Shown one piece after another: positions 47,778 to 56,799 of a stretch of DNA of 64,000 nucleotides. Position numbers and translations under genes: made by a program. The DNA comes from an uncultured Candidatus Saccharibacteria bacterium (GTDB lineage Bacteria; Patescibacteriota; Saccharimonadia; UBA4664; CAZJNH01). The notes under the pieces are model-generated. The model was not told the origin of the DNA. It did no database searches and worked only from the letters and a program-made list of their open reading frames with translations. The stretch covers positions 557 to 64,556 of the forward strand of contig CAYZIN010000004.1 in NCBI GenBank assembly GCA_964478595.1, given 5' to 3'. Within the stretch, counting starts at the first letter, position 1, and every line of letters begins with the position of its first letter.

Positions 47778-48193
47778 GCTGGCAATATAACATGCCAAGT
47801 TTCGCTCATGCTTGCATTGTTGTCTCGCCGCGGAGTACGGTGAAAATCTAAAGGAGCGCGCGTCCATAAGCCGCCGGTTTTGGCGGCTTTTTTGGTACAA
47901 AAAAATGCCTTTCGGCAAAAAACAAGAACCCTGGCAAACGTTTTTTGTTCGTCAATTTTTGGTTTTTGTATGTCCAGACCGACTACTCTAGCACCTAGAA
48001 AGTGATCTGGTTTTTGCCTTAGAGCGGTGCGGCGCGAGCCATTGCCGTGTTCCTTTTATTCGCTTCCCTCCAGGCTGGCTGCCCAGCAAAAAGCTTACGC
48101 TTATTCTACACGCACGTTCCCGTGTCGACAACGCGGTGTATAATTTCAGTGAGCGGCAAGGGCCGCTTGTTCTATCTCCAACCGGAGGTCCAA

Positions 48194-48673
48194 ATGCCAG
48201 AGCTTGGGACGGAAATCCTCGACCTTATTCGCTTGCGCGAAGAGGCGCATAGAGAGATCACACGGAAAGTTGCCGAACTCCAGCTGGTGTGCGAACACCC
48301 GAGTCTCATCCAATTCGACGACGACGAAAACGCGAGCACCGTAAACATGCACAACGGATGGAGGCTGTGTTTGACTTGCGGTGTCGAGGAAGAACCTCGG
48401 CCAGACCGACATGGGTACGGGCGATACTTCTACGTACTTAAGTCGGAAGACGTTACCCACGTCGACATGCTCAACTACGCTCTGCGGCAGCCTTTCCGCG
48501 GCTATAAGGTTCAGTGGAGATGGTGTGTGGGCATACTCGGCGAGCAAGGTCACCCACTACCGGCAACTGAAGCGGTTTACGGCATGACGGAATGGCTTTG
48601 CAGGGAGCACAAGCGGCAAAACGACGAGTATTACCGGCACCAGCCGCAGGTTGTCAGGATGACGGCCCCGTAG
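48194..48673 (+). CDS. Hypothetical protein (159 aa) with a CxxC pair
   Basis: GGAGG lies 6 nt upstream of the ATG at 48194. Confidence 0.5.
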   Translation: MPELGTEILDLIRLREEAHREITRKVAELQLVCEHPSLIQFDDDENASTVNMHNGWRLCLTCGVEEEPRPDRHGYGRYFYVLKSEDVTHVDMLNYALRQPFRGYKVQWRWCVGILGEQGHPLPATEAVYGMTEWLCREHKRQNDEYYRHQPQVVRMTAP

Positions 48674-48717
48674 CAATGAGTCCCGAAGGAACAGCGATTC
48701 CTCCGGGACTCGCTGTT

Positions 48718-49008
48718 TTAAAACTCGATCCAGAAGTATTGGCAGCCTGAGGGACCAAAGTACGCCGCGTGGGATTCATTTGAGCCGATGGTAATCTTAT
48801 CGCCCGGCTTCATTACGTGCTCGCCATCATCAAGCTTCAATTTCATTTCACCATCAACGACCACCAGAATGTGATGCTCCGGATGCTTGTGCGCGTCGAG
48901 GTGATCGTTCGGATCTTCAACAATCAGCTGCGGTTCAAATCCTTGCGACTCCAAGTCCTGCCGGATCTGATTATTCTCCCAGTTTTCATATTTCCCCGCC
49001 TCAATCAC
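48718..49008 (-). CDS. Cupin-domain protein
   Basis: Cupin motifs (HKHPEHHILVVVDGEM...GD.I.I). ATGA-type overlap with the upstream aminopeptidase. Confidence 0.7.
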   Translation of the reverse strand: MIEAGKYENWENNQIRQDLESQGFEPQLIVEDPNDHLDAHKHPEHHILVVVDGEMKLKLDDGEHVMKPGDKITIGSNESHAAYFGPSGCQYFWIEF

Positions 49009-50207
49009 AGCTTGAATTGGCCGTCTTGGTAGATAACTTTTTTGGAGCCGTCGGGCAAGGTGGCGGTGACTTTGCGGCGTTCGGTCGAGATAATGTCGGT
49101 GTGGACAGCGCTTTCATTAAAGCCCATTTTCTCCCACTGCTTTTTGGAAACTTTCGATGGATCACCGCGATAACTTTCTTGATAAGCGTTGCCCAGGGCC
49201 ATGTGGGTGTTACCTTGCTTCCCGCCAAAGTTTTCATCAAACAGTGTCTCGCCCATTAGTTTAGTAATCCGACTCATCCGGCCATCAGTCAAGGAGTATT
49301 CACCAATCTTATCGGCATTTTCAACCGCAATCATGTCGGTCAAAATCTTCTGGTTTTTCTTAGCCGTCGCTTTCACCACTCGCCCTTTTTCGAACTTCAG
49401 CTTGATGCCCTCAACTACATTGCCGTAACGATAAAGCGGCTGGTTGAAAGCGATTGTGCCTTCGGTTCCACGCCAATCCGGTGAGATGAATAACTCAAAC
49501 GAAGGGATGTTGGCGCCGCGCCCACCCAACCAGCCGCGATCGACCCCGAGTTTAACTTTGAGATCAACGTTGTCCCCCTCAACGTGCAGCCATTCGATTT
49601 TGAGGGCGTTAAGTACCCTAATCAGTCTTTTCTGCTCGGCAACAATCGACCGCCACTTAGCGATCGGATCTTTTTCGTCGAGATAACAGCCCAAAATAAT
49701 TTGCTCCCAGTATTTTTCTAAACTCATCCCAACGTCTTTGGCCATCGCCGGGGTGGCAAATGCCGCTAGCGTCCAACTGAATTTACCCTTATTCTCCTTC
49801 TCGTTGCGCCACTGCATGTAGGGTTTAAAGGTTTGGCTTTTACGCATAATCTTGGCGCTATCGACGCCGCTGAGTTCGTACTTGTCGTGCTCAGCGATGA
49901 TAAAAATCGAGTGATCGATTTGGTCGATTAAGCCTTTGTAAAACTTAGCCGGGAAGTGATCGAGCTGATGCTCGGCCGCCAGCTCGTAGTACTCGTGATG
50001 AGCCACGTCGTCGGCGCCGTACATCAGCAGCATATGGGCGCCGCTAGCTAAAATCGATCGACGCAAGTGCGGGATAAAAATCTTGGCGGCTTCTGGAATA
50101 GAAACCATCACCGTCTCGCCTTTTTTAACCCCTTTGCCGCCGCTAAGAGCGAATTTGACGAGCAGGTCGGCGTATTTTTGGAGAGTTTTCTCGTCGGGCT
50201 GATACAT
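49005..50207 (-). CDS. Aminopeptidase, M29 (AmpS/PepS/aminopeptidase T) family
   Basis: Full-length similarity pattern to the thermophilic aminopeptidase T/S family (start MYQPDEKTLQKYADLLVK). Confidence 0.8.
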   Translation of the reverse strand: MYQPDEKTLQKYADLLVKFALSGGKGVKKGETVMVSIPEAAKIFIPHLRRSILASGAHMLLMYGADDVAHHEYYELAAEHQLDHFPAKFYKGLIDQIDHSIFIIAEHDKYELSGVDSAKIMRKSQTFKPYMQWRNEKENKGKFSWTLAAFATPAMAKDVGMSLEKYWEQIILGCYLDEKDPIAKWRSIVAEQKRLIRVLNALKIEWLHVEGDNVDLKVKLGVDRGWLGGRGANIPSFELFISPDWRGTEGTIAFNQPLYRYGNVVEGIKLKFEKGRVVKATAKKNQKILTDMIAVENADKIGEYSLTDGRMSRITKLMGETLFDENFGGKQGNTHMALGNAYQESYRGDPSKVSKKQWEKMGFNESAVHTDIISTERRKVTATLPDGSKKVIYQDGQFKL

Positions 50208-50314
50208 GCTGATTAGTTTATGGTTTCAGTCAAGCAATTTACAGCTTAAGCATTAACTATTCCGCTTATGGCTATTTTGTTGTAATCTAATTGGGTAACG
50301 TTAGGAGCATTTAA

Positions 50315-50479
50315 ATGGCCAAGGTTCAAAGAGGTTTCGAAGCTGGCGGTGTTGCCCTCGTTGGCAGCACTATCCTAGGTTTCGCGGTCGGTCTGTGGAA
50401 CAGCAGCGTGTTGATCTACACCGTCGGCGGGCTTGGTGTCGGCTTTTTGCTAATGGCCGTTTTCCGAATGTCAGACTAG
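50315..50479 (+). CDS. Possible small hydrophobic membrane protein (54 aa); not in the ORF track
   Basis: AGGAGC lies 6 nt upstream of the ATG. Translation MAKVQRGFEAGGVALVGSTILGFAVGLWNSSVLIYTVGGLGVGFLLMAVFRMSD. Confidence 0.35.
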   Translation: MAKVQRGFEAGGVALVGSTILGFAVGLWNSSVLIYTVGGLGVGFLLMAVFRMSD

Positions 50480-50481
50480 TT

Positions 50482-51495
50482 CTACTTCGGGCGGTTAAAC
50501 ACGGCTTTGGCGGCGTTCCACACGGAATCGTCGCCAAAGTGCGTTTTACGGTAGTACCACCACTCTTCACCCCAAAAATCAATCCGTTTGATGCCAGTAG
50601 CGCGCGCAAATTGATCGGTTTCATAAATGCGGTTAACGTCAAAGGCCTTATCCTGATCGGCTCGGCTCAAATGCTCGGTGCCAACCTTACCCCAGGGCTC
50701 GGCTTGCAGTTCGTGAATGAAAACTTGGCTATTTAGGTAGCGCTCGATCAACGCCGCCCGCAGCCGAAACCACAGCGCTGGAAACGGATAGTTTACGAAA
50801 TGATGTGTGATGGTTTGATCGTAGACTCGGCGATACACCGAAAAGCCCGTCTCCTGCCCCCTTGGCGCGTCTAGCGGCAGGCCGTATTCATTGCTCACGT
50901 TCATGTCGATCGGGCGAGAACGGTCGAGGTTTTTAACCAGTTCGTACTCATGTTGGAGCTGACCGTGGGTAAAATCTGGACACCGGCCAAAAGCCGTCAA
51001 AAGTGCTTCATTCTCCAACTGGTAATCCTTCAGCTGCGGGTTGTTGCGATAGTGCATAACGACAGCGGCCAGAAATTGATCAATATCTTCAAATTGCTTG
51101 TCGCGCGATACCCAGCTTGGAAAATGACACTCTGGATAGCGGGGTTGGCGCAGCCCAATCGCCAGACTGACCTTGGCGTTGTATTGCTTGGCCAAATTAA
51201 ACTGCCAATCCAGCTGCGAAAAATCAAATTGGCCGGGCTGCGGTTCCAGCTGGTCCCAATAGCTCATCAATCTGACTTGCTGAGGGTGAAGATCTTTGAG
51301 CCCAGCCTCCAGCGTCTGCGCCGGATCAACTCCAAGTTCACTGGCATACTTGGTCGAAAAACTAAAACCGTAACTGTATGACTGGTTTTGATGGATCTGG
51401 TTGAAATGATCGAGCGCCTCGGTAGAAAGCGCCACAAACCCCAAATAGGCAATCGCCACCGCCCAACCAACCCGCTTTAGCCAGCGCTTTCTCAC
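50482..51495 (-). CDS. Putative TIM-barrel glycoside hydrolase (GH5/GH113-like clan GH-A), membrane-anchored
   Basis: N-terminal TM. Aromatic-rich body with a QLENEAL-like catalytic NE motif. Confidence 0.45.
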   Translation of the reverse strand: MRKRWLKRVGWAVAIAYLGFVALSTEALDHFNQIHQNQSYSYGFSFSTKYASELGVDPAQTLEAGLKDLHPQQVRLMSYWDQLEPQPGQFDFSQLDWQFNLAKQYNAKVSLAIGLRQPRYPECHFPSWVSRDKQFEDIDQFLAAVVMHYRNNPQLKDYQLENEALLTAFGRCPDFTHGQLQHEYELVKNLDRSRPIDMNVSNEYGLPLDAPRGQETGFSVYRRVYDQTITHHFVNYPFPALWFRLRAALIERYLNSQVFIHELQAEPWGKVGTEHLSRADQDKAFDVNRIYETDQFARATGIKRIDFWGEEWWYYRKTHFGDDSVWNAAKAVFNRPK

Positions 51496-52628
51496 TCCAA
51501 CATCCCAGCAATAAACTCGGCGATCTTCGGAGCTGCGTTGGCATCAAACTTAAGCTTTTCGATATTGCTTTCGACCGCTTTTAAGTTTGCCGGATTTTCG
51601 ATGAGATCGACTATTTTAGCTGCCGCCTCATCCGGGTTTGTCAGTACCCAACCAACTCCTTGCCGCTCAACCAACTGCGCATTCGGCTCCTCTTGCCCGG
51701 GAACCATATCAATCACTACCACCGGCCGCTTGGCCGCAAAGGCTTCGCACAGCGAAATCCAGCCGGCCTTACCCACCACCAAATCGGCAGCCGCTAGCAG
51801 CTCGGGCATATTTCCAACAAACCCCAAAACAGCGGTCGAGTCGATAAACTTGAGACGCTCGAGCCTGGTTTGGGTGGCTTTATCCTGCCCGGTCACATAA
51901 ACAAACTGGGCACCGGTTTTAGTTTTAGCCAACAGCCGGGCCACCGACAGTAATTTGCGATTGAGCCCCAGCCCCCCGCCGGTTAGCAAGACCGTAAATT
52001 TACGCGGATCTAGTCCCAACTTGCGGCGAACCTCTAGCCGGTGAGGCAAGTTAGCAAAGCGCGCATCGAGAGGGAACCCGAGGTAATGCATAATCTCTTT
52101 AGGTGCGCCCAACGCAGCGGCAAACTCAATGGTTTCGGGGGTCGAAACTAGCACGGCATCTTCGTTACTCATCAGCCACATTTTGTGTACGTCACCTGAA
52201 TCGGTAATCAAACTGACGACTTTAACTTTTTTGGGCCACGGCTGCCCCTTCACCGCCAAAGCTACCGCGTAGCCGATAAACCAAAAGGTTGAAATCACAA
52301 GGTCCGGATCCTCCCGCCGCAAAATTGCTTCGGCGTCGGTCTTAAACACGGTTGCCAGGAGCTTGCGCATAATTTCGTGCGAGGAATCGGTGGCGGCGTA
52401 AAAGGCTTTGTAGGGGTAACCCTTCAGATTACGCACCGATTGGGTGTAAAACGGCACGAAGATTTTGTCGAGCGAAACGACCAGCTTGGCTTCCTTGAGT
52501 GCATCGAGGACTTTAACCTCAAACCGACCCGGAAATACCTGCTCGATAGCAGCCGCGATTGCTTTAGCCGCAGCCGTATGACCTCCACCCAAAGAGGTCG
52601 TCAAAATTAAGATTTTCGGCCTTTGCAT
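51492..52628 (-). CDS. GT28-family glycosyltransferase (MGDG synthase / UgtP-like diacylglycerol glycosyltransferase)
   Basis: MGDG_synth N-domain (ILILTTSLGGGHTAAAKAI) plus GT28 C-domain. Confidence 0.8.
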   Translation of the reverse strand: MQRPKILILTTSLGGGHTAAAKAIAAAIEQVFPGRFEVKVLDALKEAKLVVSLDKIFVPFYTQSVRNLKGYPYKAFYAATDSSHEIMRKLLATVFKTDAEAILRREDPDLVISTFWFIGYAVALAVKGQPWPKKVKVVSLITDSGDVHKMWLMSNEDAVLVSTPETIEFAAALGAPKEIMHYLGFPLDARFANLPHRLEVRRKLGLDPRKFTVLLTGGGLGLNRKLLSVARLLAKTKTGAQFVYVTGQDKATQTRLERLKFIDSTAVLGFVGNMPELLAAADLVVGKAGWISLCEAFAAKRPVVVIDMVPGQEEPNAQLVERQGVGWVLTNPDEAAAKIVDLIENPANLKAVESNIEKLKFDANAAPKIAEFIAGMLE

Positions 52629-52683
52629 GACGCACCTAGTATACCGTATACCCCGAGACTCAAACCTGTTATGCTAGGCGCAA

Positions 52684-53640
52684 ATGAAAGCGGGCGGACC
52701 GAAGTTTGATACCAAGTCGCGCGTTAAGGGTGGTGAAATTCGCAAACACTACTTCCTTGACCGCTACATTGTGGTGGCGCCGCTTAGAGGTAAACGGCCC
52801 GACGCTTTTGCCGAGCCGCAATCCCACAAGACCGAAAGCTACCTCTCACCAGCCATCGAAAAAGAAAAGTCGATTTTAGAAATTAAAGACTCTAAAGGCT
52901 GGACGGTTAAGGTAATAGAAAATAAATTTCCGGCGTTGTCGCTCGACAATCCAGCTGCCTTTGGCAAGCAAGAAATGGTAATCGAAACTCCGTTTCACAA
53001 CCAAGAATTTTCGGAGCTGTCGCTCGCCCACATCGAAAAAATATTTGATGCCTACAAGTTGCGCGTTAAGGCGCTGCAGCAAGTTGAAGGCGTGGCTTAT
53101 GTAGCCGTTTTTAAAAACGATGGTCCAAAAGCCGGGGCAACTTTAGCTCACGCGCATTCTCAAATTGTTGCTCTGCCGCTAATACCGCCGGTCGTCGAAA
53201 CCGAAGCCGTGGCTTTTGACCAATACCGCATGCACCACGGCACCTGTCCCATCTGCGACATCATCGCTTGGGAAAAACAAGAAAAAGAGCGCATTGTTTT
53301 TGAAAACGATCACCTAATTGCTATCTGCCCATATGCTGGCAGCGCTCCTTACGGAGTCTGGGTCATCCCCAAGCACCACAAGGGCACTTTCGGTGAACTC
53401 TCCGAAAGCGAACTCCACTCCACCGCCGAGGTTCTCAAACTTATTTCCGGCCAGCTGGACAAGTACGGCATCAGCTTTAACTTCTTCCTGCAAGATTCGC
53501 TGCCCGAGCAGAATCATCACTTCGTACTCAAGGTTGAACCGCGTCCAAATGTGTGGGGCGGGCTGGAGATTTCAACCGGCGTTATTATCAATCCCGTTCC
53601 ACCAGAGTTCGCCACAAACTGGTATAAATCGAATAGATAA
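52684..53640 (+). CDS. Galactose-1-phosphate uridylyltransferase-like (GalT / HIT superfamily)
   Basis: HxHxQ active site (LAHAHSQIVALP). Zn-binding C..C...H pattern. Confidence 0.75.
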   Translation: MKAGGPKFDTKSRVKGGEIRKHYFLDRYIVVAPLRGKRPDAFAEPQSHKTESYLSPAIEKEKSILEIKDSKGWTVKVIENKFPALSLDNPAAFGKQEMVIETPFHNQEFSELSLAHIEKIFDAYKLRVKALQQVEGVAYVAVFKNDGPKAGATLAHAHSQIVALPLIPPVVETEAVAFDQYRMHHGTCPICDIIAWEKQEKERIVFENDHLIAICPYAGSAPYGVWVIPKHHKGTFGELSESELHSTAEVLKLISGQLDKYGISFNFFLQDSLPEQNHHFVLKVEPRPNVWGGLEISTGVIINPVPPEFATNWYKSNR

Positions 53641-53644
53641 CAGA

Positions 53645-53685
53645 AGACCGGGCTCTTACTGACACCCGGTCTTATCTGTTTATTT
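53645..53685 (+). terminator. Intrinsic terminator after the galT-like gene
   Basis: Stem AGACCGGG / CCCGGTCT, then tatctgtttatttt. Confidence 0.7.
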
Positions 53686-53689
53686 TGGA

Positions 53690-54110
53690 GGGATTTCTCC
53701 CAGGAAGACTTGCGCGGAGCGACCGCTCTTCCTTTGGCTATTCAGCCCTTCCCTTCCTGGCTGAGTGGCTACCTCCTAGCGGCTTCTGCTCATCGCGTAT
53801 TGGGGTCCTGCCCATACGGACGAGGCGAGGAGCACGCACTTTCTTTCAGGACCCCGCTTGGCTTGTCTCAGACGAACCGAGACTCACCAAGCAAGGTCAC
53901 TGAGCCGCTAAGCGTCATCAAATCGACACTCCTAGCTCCTTTTCCTTACCTGGCTTTCGCCATGGACCGCGACAGTCAGTCGCGATGTTCCAGCGGGGTC
54001 CTTGTCGGTCTCGACGAGGTTTCCACTGGAATCCAAATGCCATTTCTGGCGACGCCAATCTTAACACTCAGCCTCGAGGTAGTCAATATTATAAAAGCTA
54101 AACAAAAATC
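53690..54110. ncRNA. ORF-free, GC-rich, hairpin-dense ~420-nt region. Candidate structured ncRNA or decayed gene. Strand and identity unresolved.
   Basis: The only ORFs (53685..53903 and 53710..54147, plus strand) have implausible composition. No minus-strand ORF of 60 aa or more. Read on the minus strand there are weak resemblances to RNase P J11/12 (UGAAAG..GUGCG) and GCCAAA motifs, but no P4 partner was found. Confidence 0.25.
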
Positions 54111-54114
54111 CAAA

Positions 54115-55002
54115 TTAGTTGTAAGTTTTAGCAGCTTCCCAGGCTAATTCGAATACAGCCCGCAATCCTTTTGCCAACTCCGCACTGTCTATCGTTACCC
54201 CAATTGGCCGAGGGCCCGAGAGTGAGAGCAAAATAATGTGGTTACCAACCACGTTGAAGTCACCGTTGAAGGGAAATTTATCGAGCGGAACAAATTTAGA
54301 CTCTCGATTTCTGGCTTTATCGCTGCCAGCCAAAACGGCGCCTCGTTTTGATGTGTAAATGATTCTGCTTCGTATTCCCAGCTTGGTCCTCTCGGGGTTA
54401 GAGGAAGCTTGGCCAAATTCTGGAAAGAATTCAAATAGCTGGTCGAGGTTACTGACCCCAAAAATTGGGCCTTCCTTACGATGTTGGGCCAAGAAAGAAG
54501 CCATTATAGATTTGATCCCCTCTGGGTTGTCGTAATACTTCACACTTGGAGCGTCTTGGGGGAGACTTTTGAGTGTTTTTAGTTGGGGCAATAAGTCCTC
54601 AAACGCTTGCTTTTGGTCTTTCACCTCTTGCTCTTTTTTAGCAACCAGCCGACGAAGGGCTACCGGGTCTTCGGCGTTGAAAAAAGTTTTCTTGCCCTGG
54701 GAAGTCTGACTAACAAGTCCAAGGTTGGCGAGTGACTCTAAAATTACGTAAGTCGTCACGCGTTTAATGCCCGAGTGGTCGGCTATTTGCTGAACAGTGG
54801 CCGAACCCAAAGCTAAATTAGATAAATAAACGCGGGCCTCTTTCTGAGAGAGCCCAAGGTCCTCAACTGATTGAATAAGCTGTTCATCCATGGTCTTATT
54901 ATAATGTAAATAGTCTCTGACAACAAGCTTAGAAAGAAAAGTCTTGACTGTTCGTTTTTTGTTCGATATTCTTCTGGCAACGGGCGGATTAAGGAGATTC
55001 AT
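54115..55002 (-). CDS. TrmB-family transcriptional regulator
   Basis: N-terminal winged-HTH (LGLSQKEARVYLSNLALGSATVQQIADHSGIKRVTTYVILESL) plus TrmB C-terminal domain. Confidence 0.75.
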   Translation of the reverse strand: MNLLNPPVARRISNKKRTVKTFLSKLVVRDYLHYNKTMDEQLIQSVEDLGLSQKEARVYLSNLALGSATVQQIADHSGIKRVTTYVILESLANLGLVSQTSQGKKTFFNAEDPVALRRLVAKKEQEVKDQKQAFEDLLPQLKTLKSLPQDAPSVKYYDNPEGIKSIMASFLAQHRKEGPIFGVSNLDQLFEFFPEFGQASSNPERTKLGIRSRIIYTSKRGAVLAGSDKARNRESKFVPLDKFPFNGDFNVVGNHIILLSLSGPRPIGVTIDSAELAKGLRAVFELAWEAAKTYN

Positions 55003-56503
55003 GATTGCTAAAGTTCACGCCCCCGCCAACATCGGGCTCGAAGGCCAGCTGGTAGAAGTCGAATGCGACATTAACCACGGGCTCCCCTCCGTAACCGTGG
55101 TTGGTCTCGGAGATAAAGCCATTGTCGAAGCCCGCGATAGGTTACGCAGCGCTCTCAAAAATACTCGCCTCAATTTGCCACCCAAGAAGCTAACGCTAAA
55201 TCTGGCACCGGCCGACTTGCCAAAAGACGGTACTAGTTACGATCTTGCGATGGCAGCCGCAGTTTTATGCGCCAGTGGCCAGGTTCCTGCGGAGAGTTTG
55301 AGCGATAGTTTGCTGCTCGGGGAGTTATCGCTCGACGGCAGAGTACGGCCCGTAAAGGGCTCATTGCTGGCGGCGCGGTTGGCAAAACAGAGAAAATTGA
55401 ACAAACTTTTTTTACCGAAAGCCAATGCCGGTGAGGCCTCGGCCGTGAAAGGCGTTGAGATTTTTCCGATTGAGAATTTGGGCGAACTTTACTCCCACTT
55501 GATAAAACAAACCCCTCTTTCACCTTACGTTTCCAGGAACAAACCTGTTGAAACTGATGTCGATTGCACAACAAATCTGTCAGAAATTTACGGGCAAGAG
55601 CAAGCTAAAAGGGCCTTGGAAATCGCCGCTGCAGGCGCCCACAATATCTTGCTATCAGGCCCGCCCGGCAGCGGCAAAACCATGCTAGCTAACGCTTTGC
55701 CGGGACTACTGCCGCCTTTGAGCGAAGACGAAATGATTGAAATCACCCAAATTCATTCACTGGCCAGTAGCCAAGGTAGCGGACTAATTACCCATCGACC
55801 TTTCCGATCACCTCACCACACCTCAAGCAGTGTGTCGTTAATTGGCGGCGGCACTTATCCTCGTCCTGGCGAAATCAGCCTTGCCCACCTTGGCGTATTG
55901 TTTCTCGATGAATTCCCCGAGTTTGCGCGTGGCGTGCTAGAGGCATTGAGGCAACCCCTCGAAGACGGCGAGGTCACGATAGCTCGCGCTAACGGTACAC
56001 TTAAATTACCTGCAAAATTCATGCTAATTGCCACCCAAAACCCATGCCCTTGCGGATACCATAATGACCCTGTCAAAGACTGTAGCTGCAGCTTGGCCCA
56101 AATCCATGGCTACAACCGACGGGTATCGGGGCCGATTCTAGACCGTATCGATCTGGTGGTGAACGTGGCTAGGGTTGAAAAAGAGCACCTGCTAGAAGCT
56201 AAGCGCGGCGAAGCCAGTCGGTCGGTAGCGACCAGAACGCTCAAAGCCAGACAAACTCAGACTCAGCGCTTTAGCCAGCCAAAAACTAACTCGGAAATGA
56301 CAAACTCCCAGATAAAGCAATTCTGCCAGCTAGACGCCGAAGCACTGAGCTTAGCAAATCTTGCGGTCGATAAATTCGGTTTATCTGCTCGCAGTTATAT
56401 GCGCCTACTTAAAGTGGCCAGAACGATAGCCGATCTAGATAGTGCAACCGAAATTACTAGTGCTCATCTGGCAGAAGCGCTGCAGTATCGTTCAAATACT
56501 TAG
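55001..56503 (+). CDS. comM: Mg-chelatase-like AAA+ ATPase ComM/YifB
   Basis: Lon-like N-domain, AAA+ core (LSGPPGSGKTM, FLDEFPEF), C-terminal domain. AAGGAG RBS ahead of the ATG at 55001. Confidence 0.9.
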   Translation: MIAKVHAPANIGLEGQLVEVECDINHGLPSVTVVGLGDKAIVEARDRLRSALKNTRLNLPPKKLTLNLAPADLPKDGTSYDLAMAAAVLCASGQVPAESLSDSLLLGELSLDGRVRPVKGSLLAARLAKQRKLNKLFLPKANAGEASAVKGVEIFPIENLGELYSHLIKQTPLSPYVSRNKPVETDVDCTTNLSEIYGQEQAKRALEIAAAGAHNILLSGPPGSGKTMLANALPGLLPPLSEDEMIEITQIHSLASSQGSGLITHRPFRSPHHTSSSVSLIGGGTYPRPGEISLAHLGVLFLDEFPEFARGVLEALRQPLEDGEVTIARANGTLKLPAKFMLIATQNPCPCGYHNDPVKDCSCSLAQIHGYNRRVSGPILDRIDLVVNVARVEKEHLLEAKRGEASRSVATRTLKARQTQTQRFSQPKTNSEMTNSQIKQFCQLDAEALSLANLAVDKFGLSARSYMRLLKVARTIADLDSATEITSAHLAEALQYRSNT

Positions 56504-56746
56504 AAACTTGGAGAGTGTAGTTTCGATCGCAGTGTGGGTAAACAACACCCAGAGACCGAATTCGATTGCCACAAATACAGTGCAGATAACTAGAATGTGC
56601 CTGGCTTCACTTTTGGCGTAGCCGAACTCTTCGACTTCGGCCTCGACTACTGGTTTAGCAGACGCAACTTCGCCTACCGTCGATGTCTCCTCCGAACGGG
56701 TTTTGGCAATTTTTTGGCTGCGGGTTTTGCGTTTCTTCTTGGCCAT
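56492..56746 (-). CDS. Possible small protein (about 84 aa): Lys-rich N-terminus, acidic middle, C-terminal TM. Low confidence.
   Basis: ORF convergent with comM. No SD. Confidence 0.25.
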   Translation of the reverse strand: MAKKKRKTRSQKIAKTRSEETSTVGEVASAKPVVEAEVEEFGYAKSEARHILVICTVFVAIEFGLWVLFTHTAIETTLSKFLSI

Positions 56747-56799
56747 ATCGCAACCAGTATAACTCAAGTGCTAAAATAACAGCACTAAACCTAGGCGGC

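Noticed and set aside
53710-54147. 145-aa plus-strand ORF in the galT-trmB gap
   Set aside because: Implausible composition (Ser/Leu/Pro/Arg low complexity) and no SD. The region is treated as a possible ncRNA instead.
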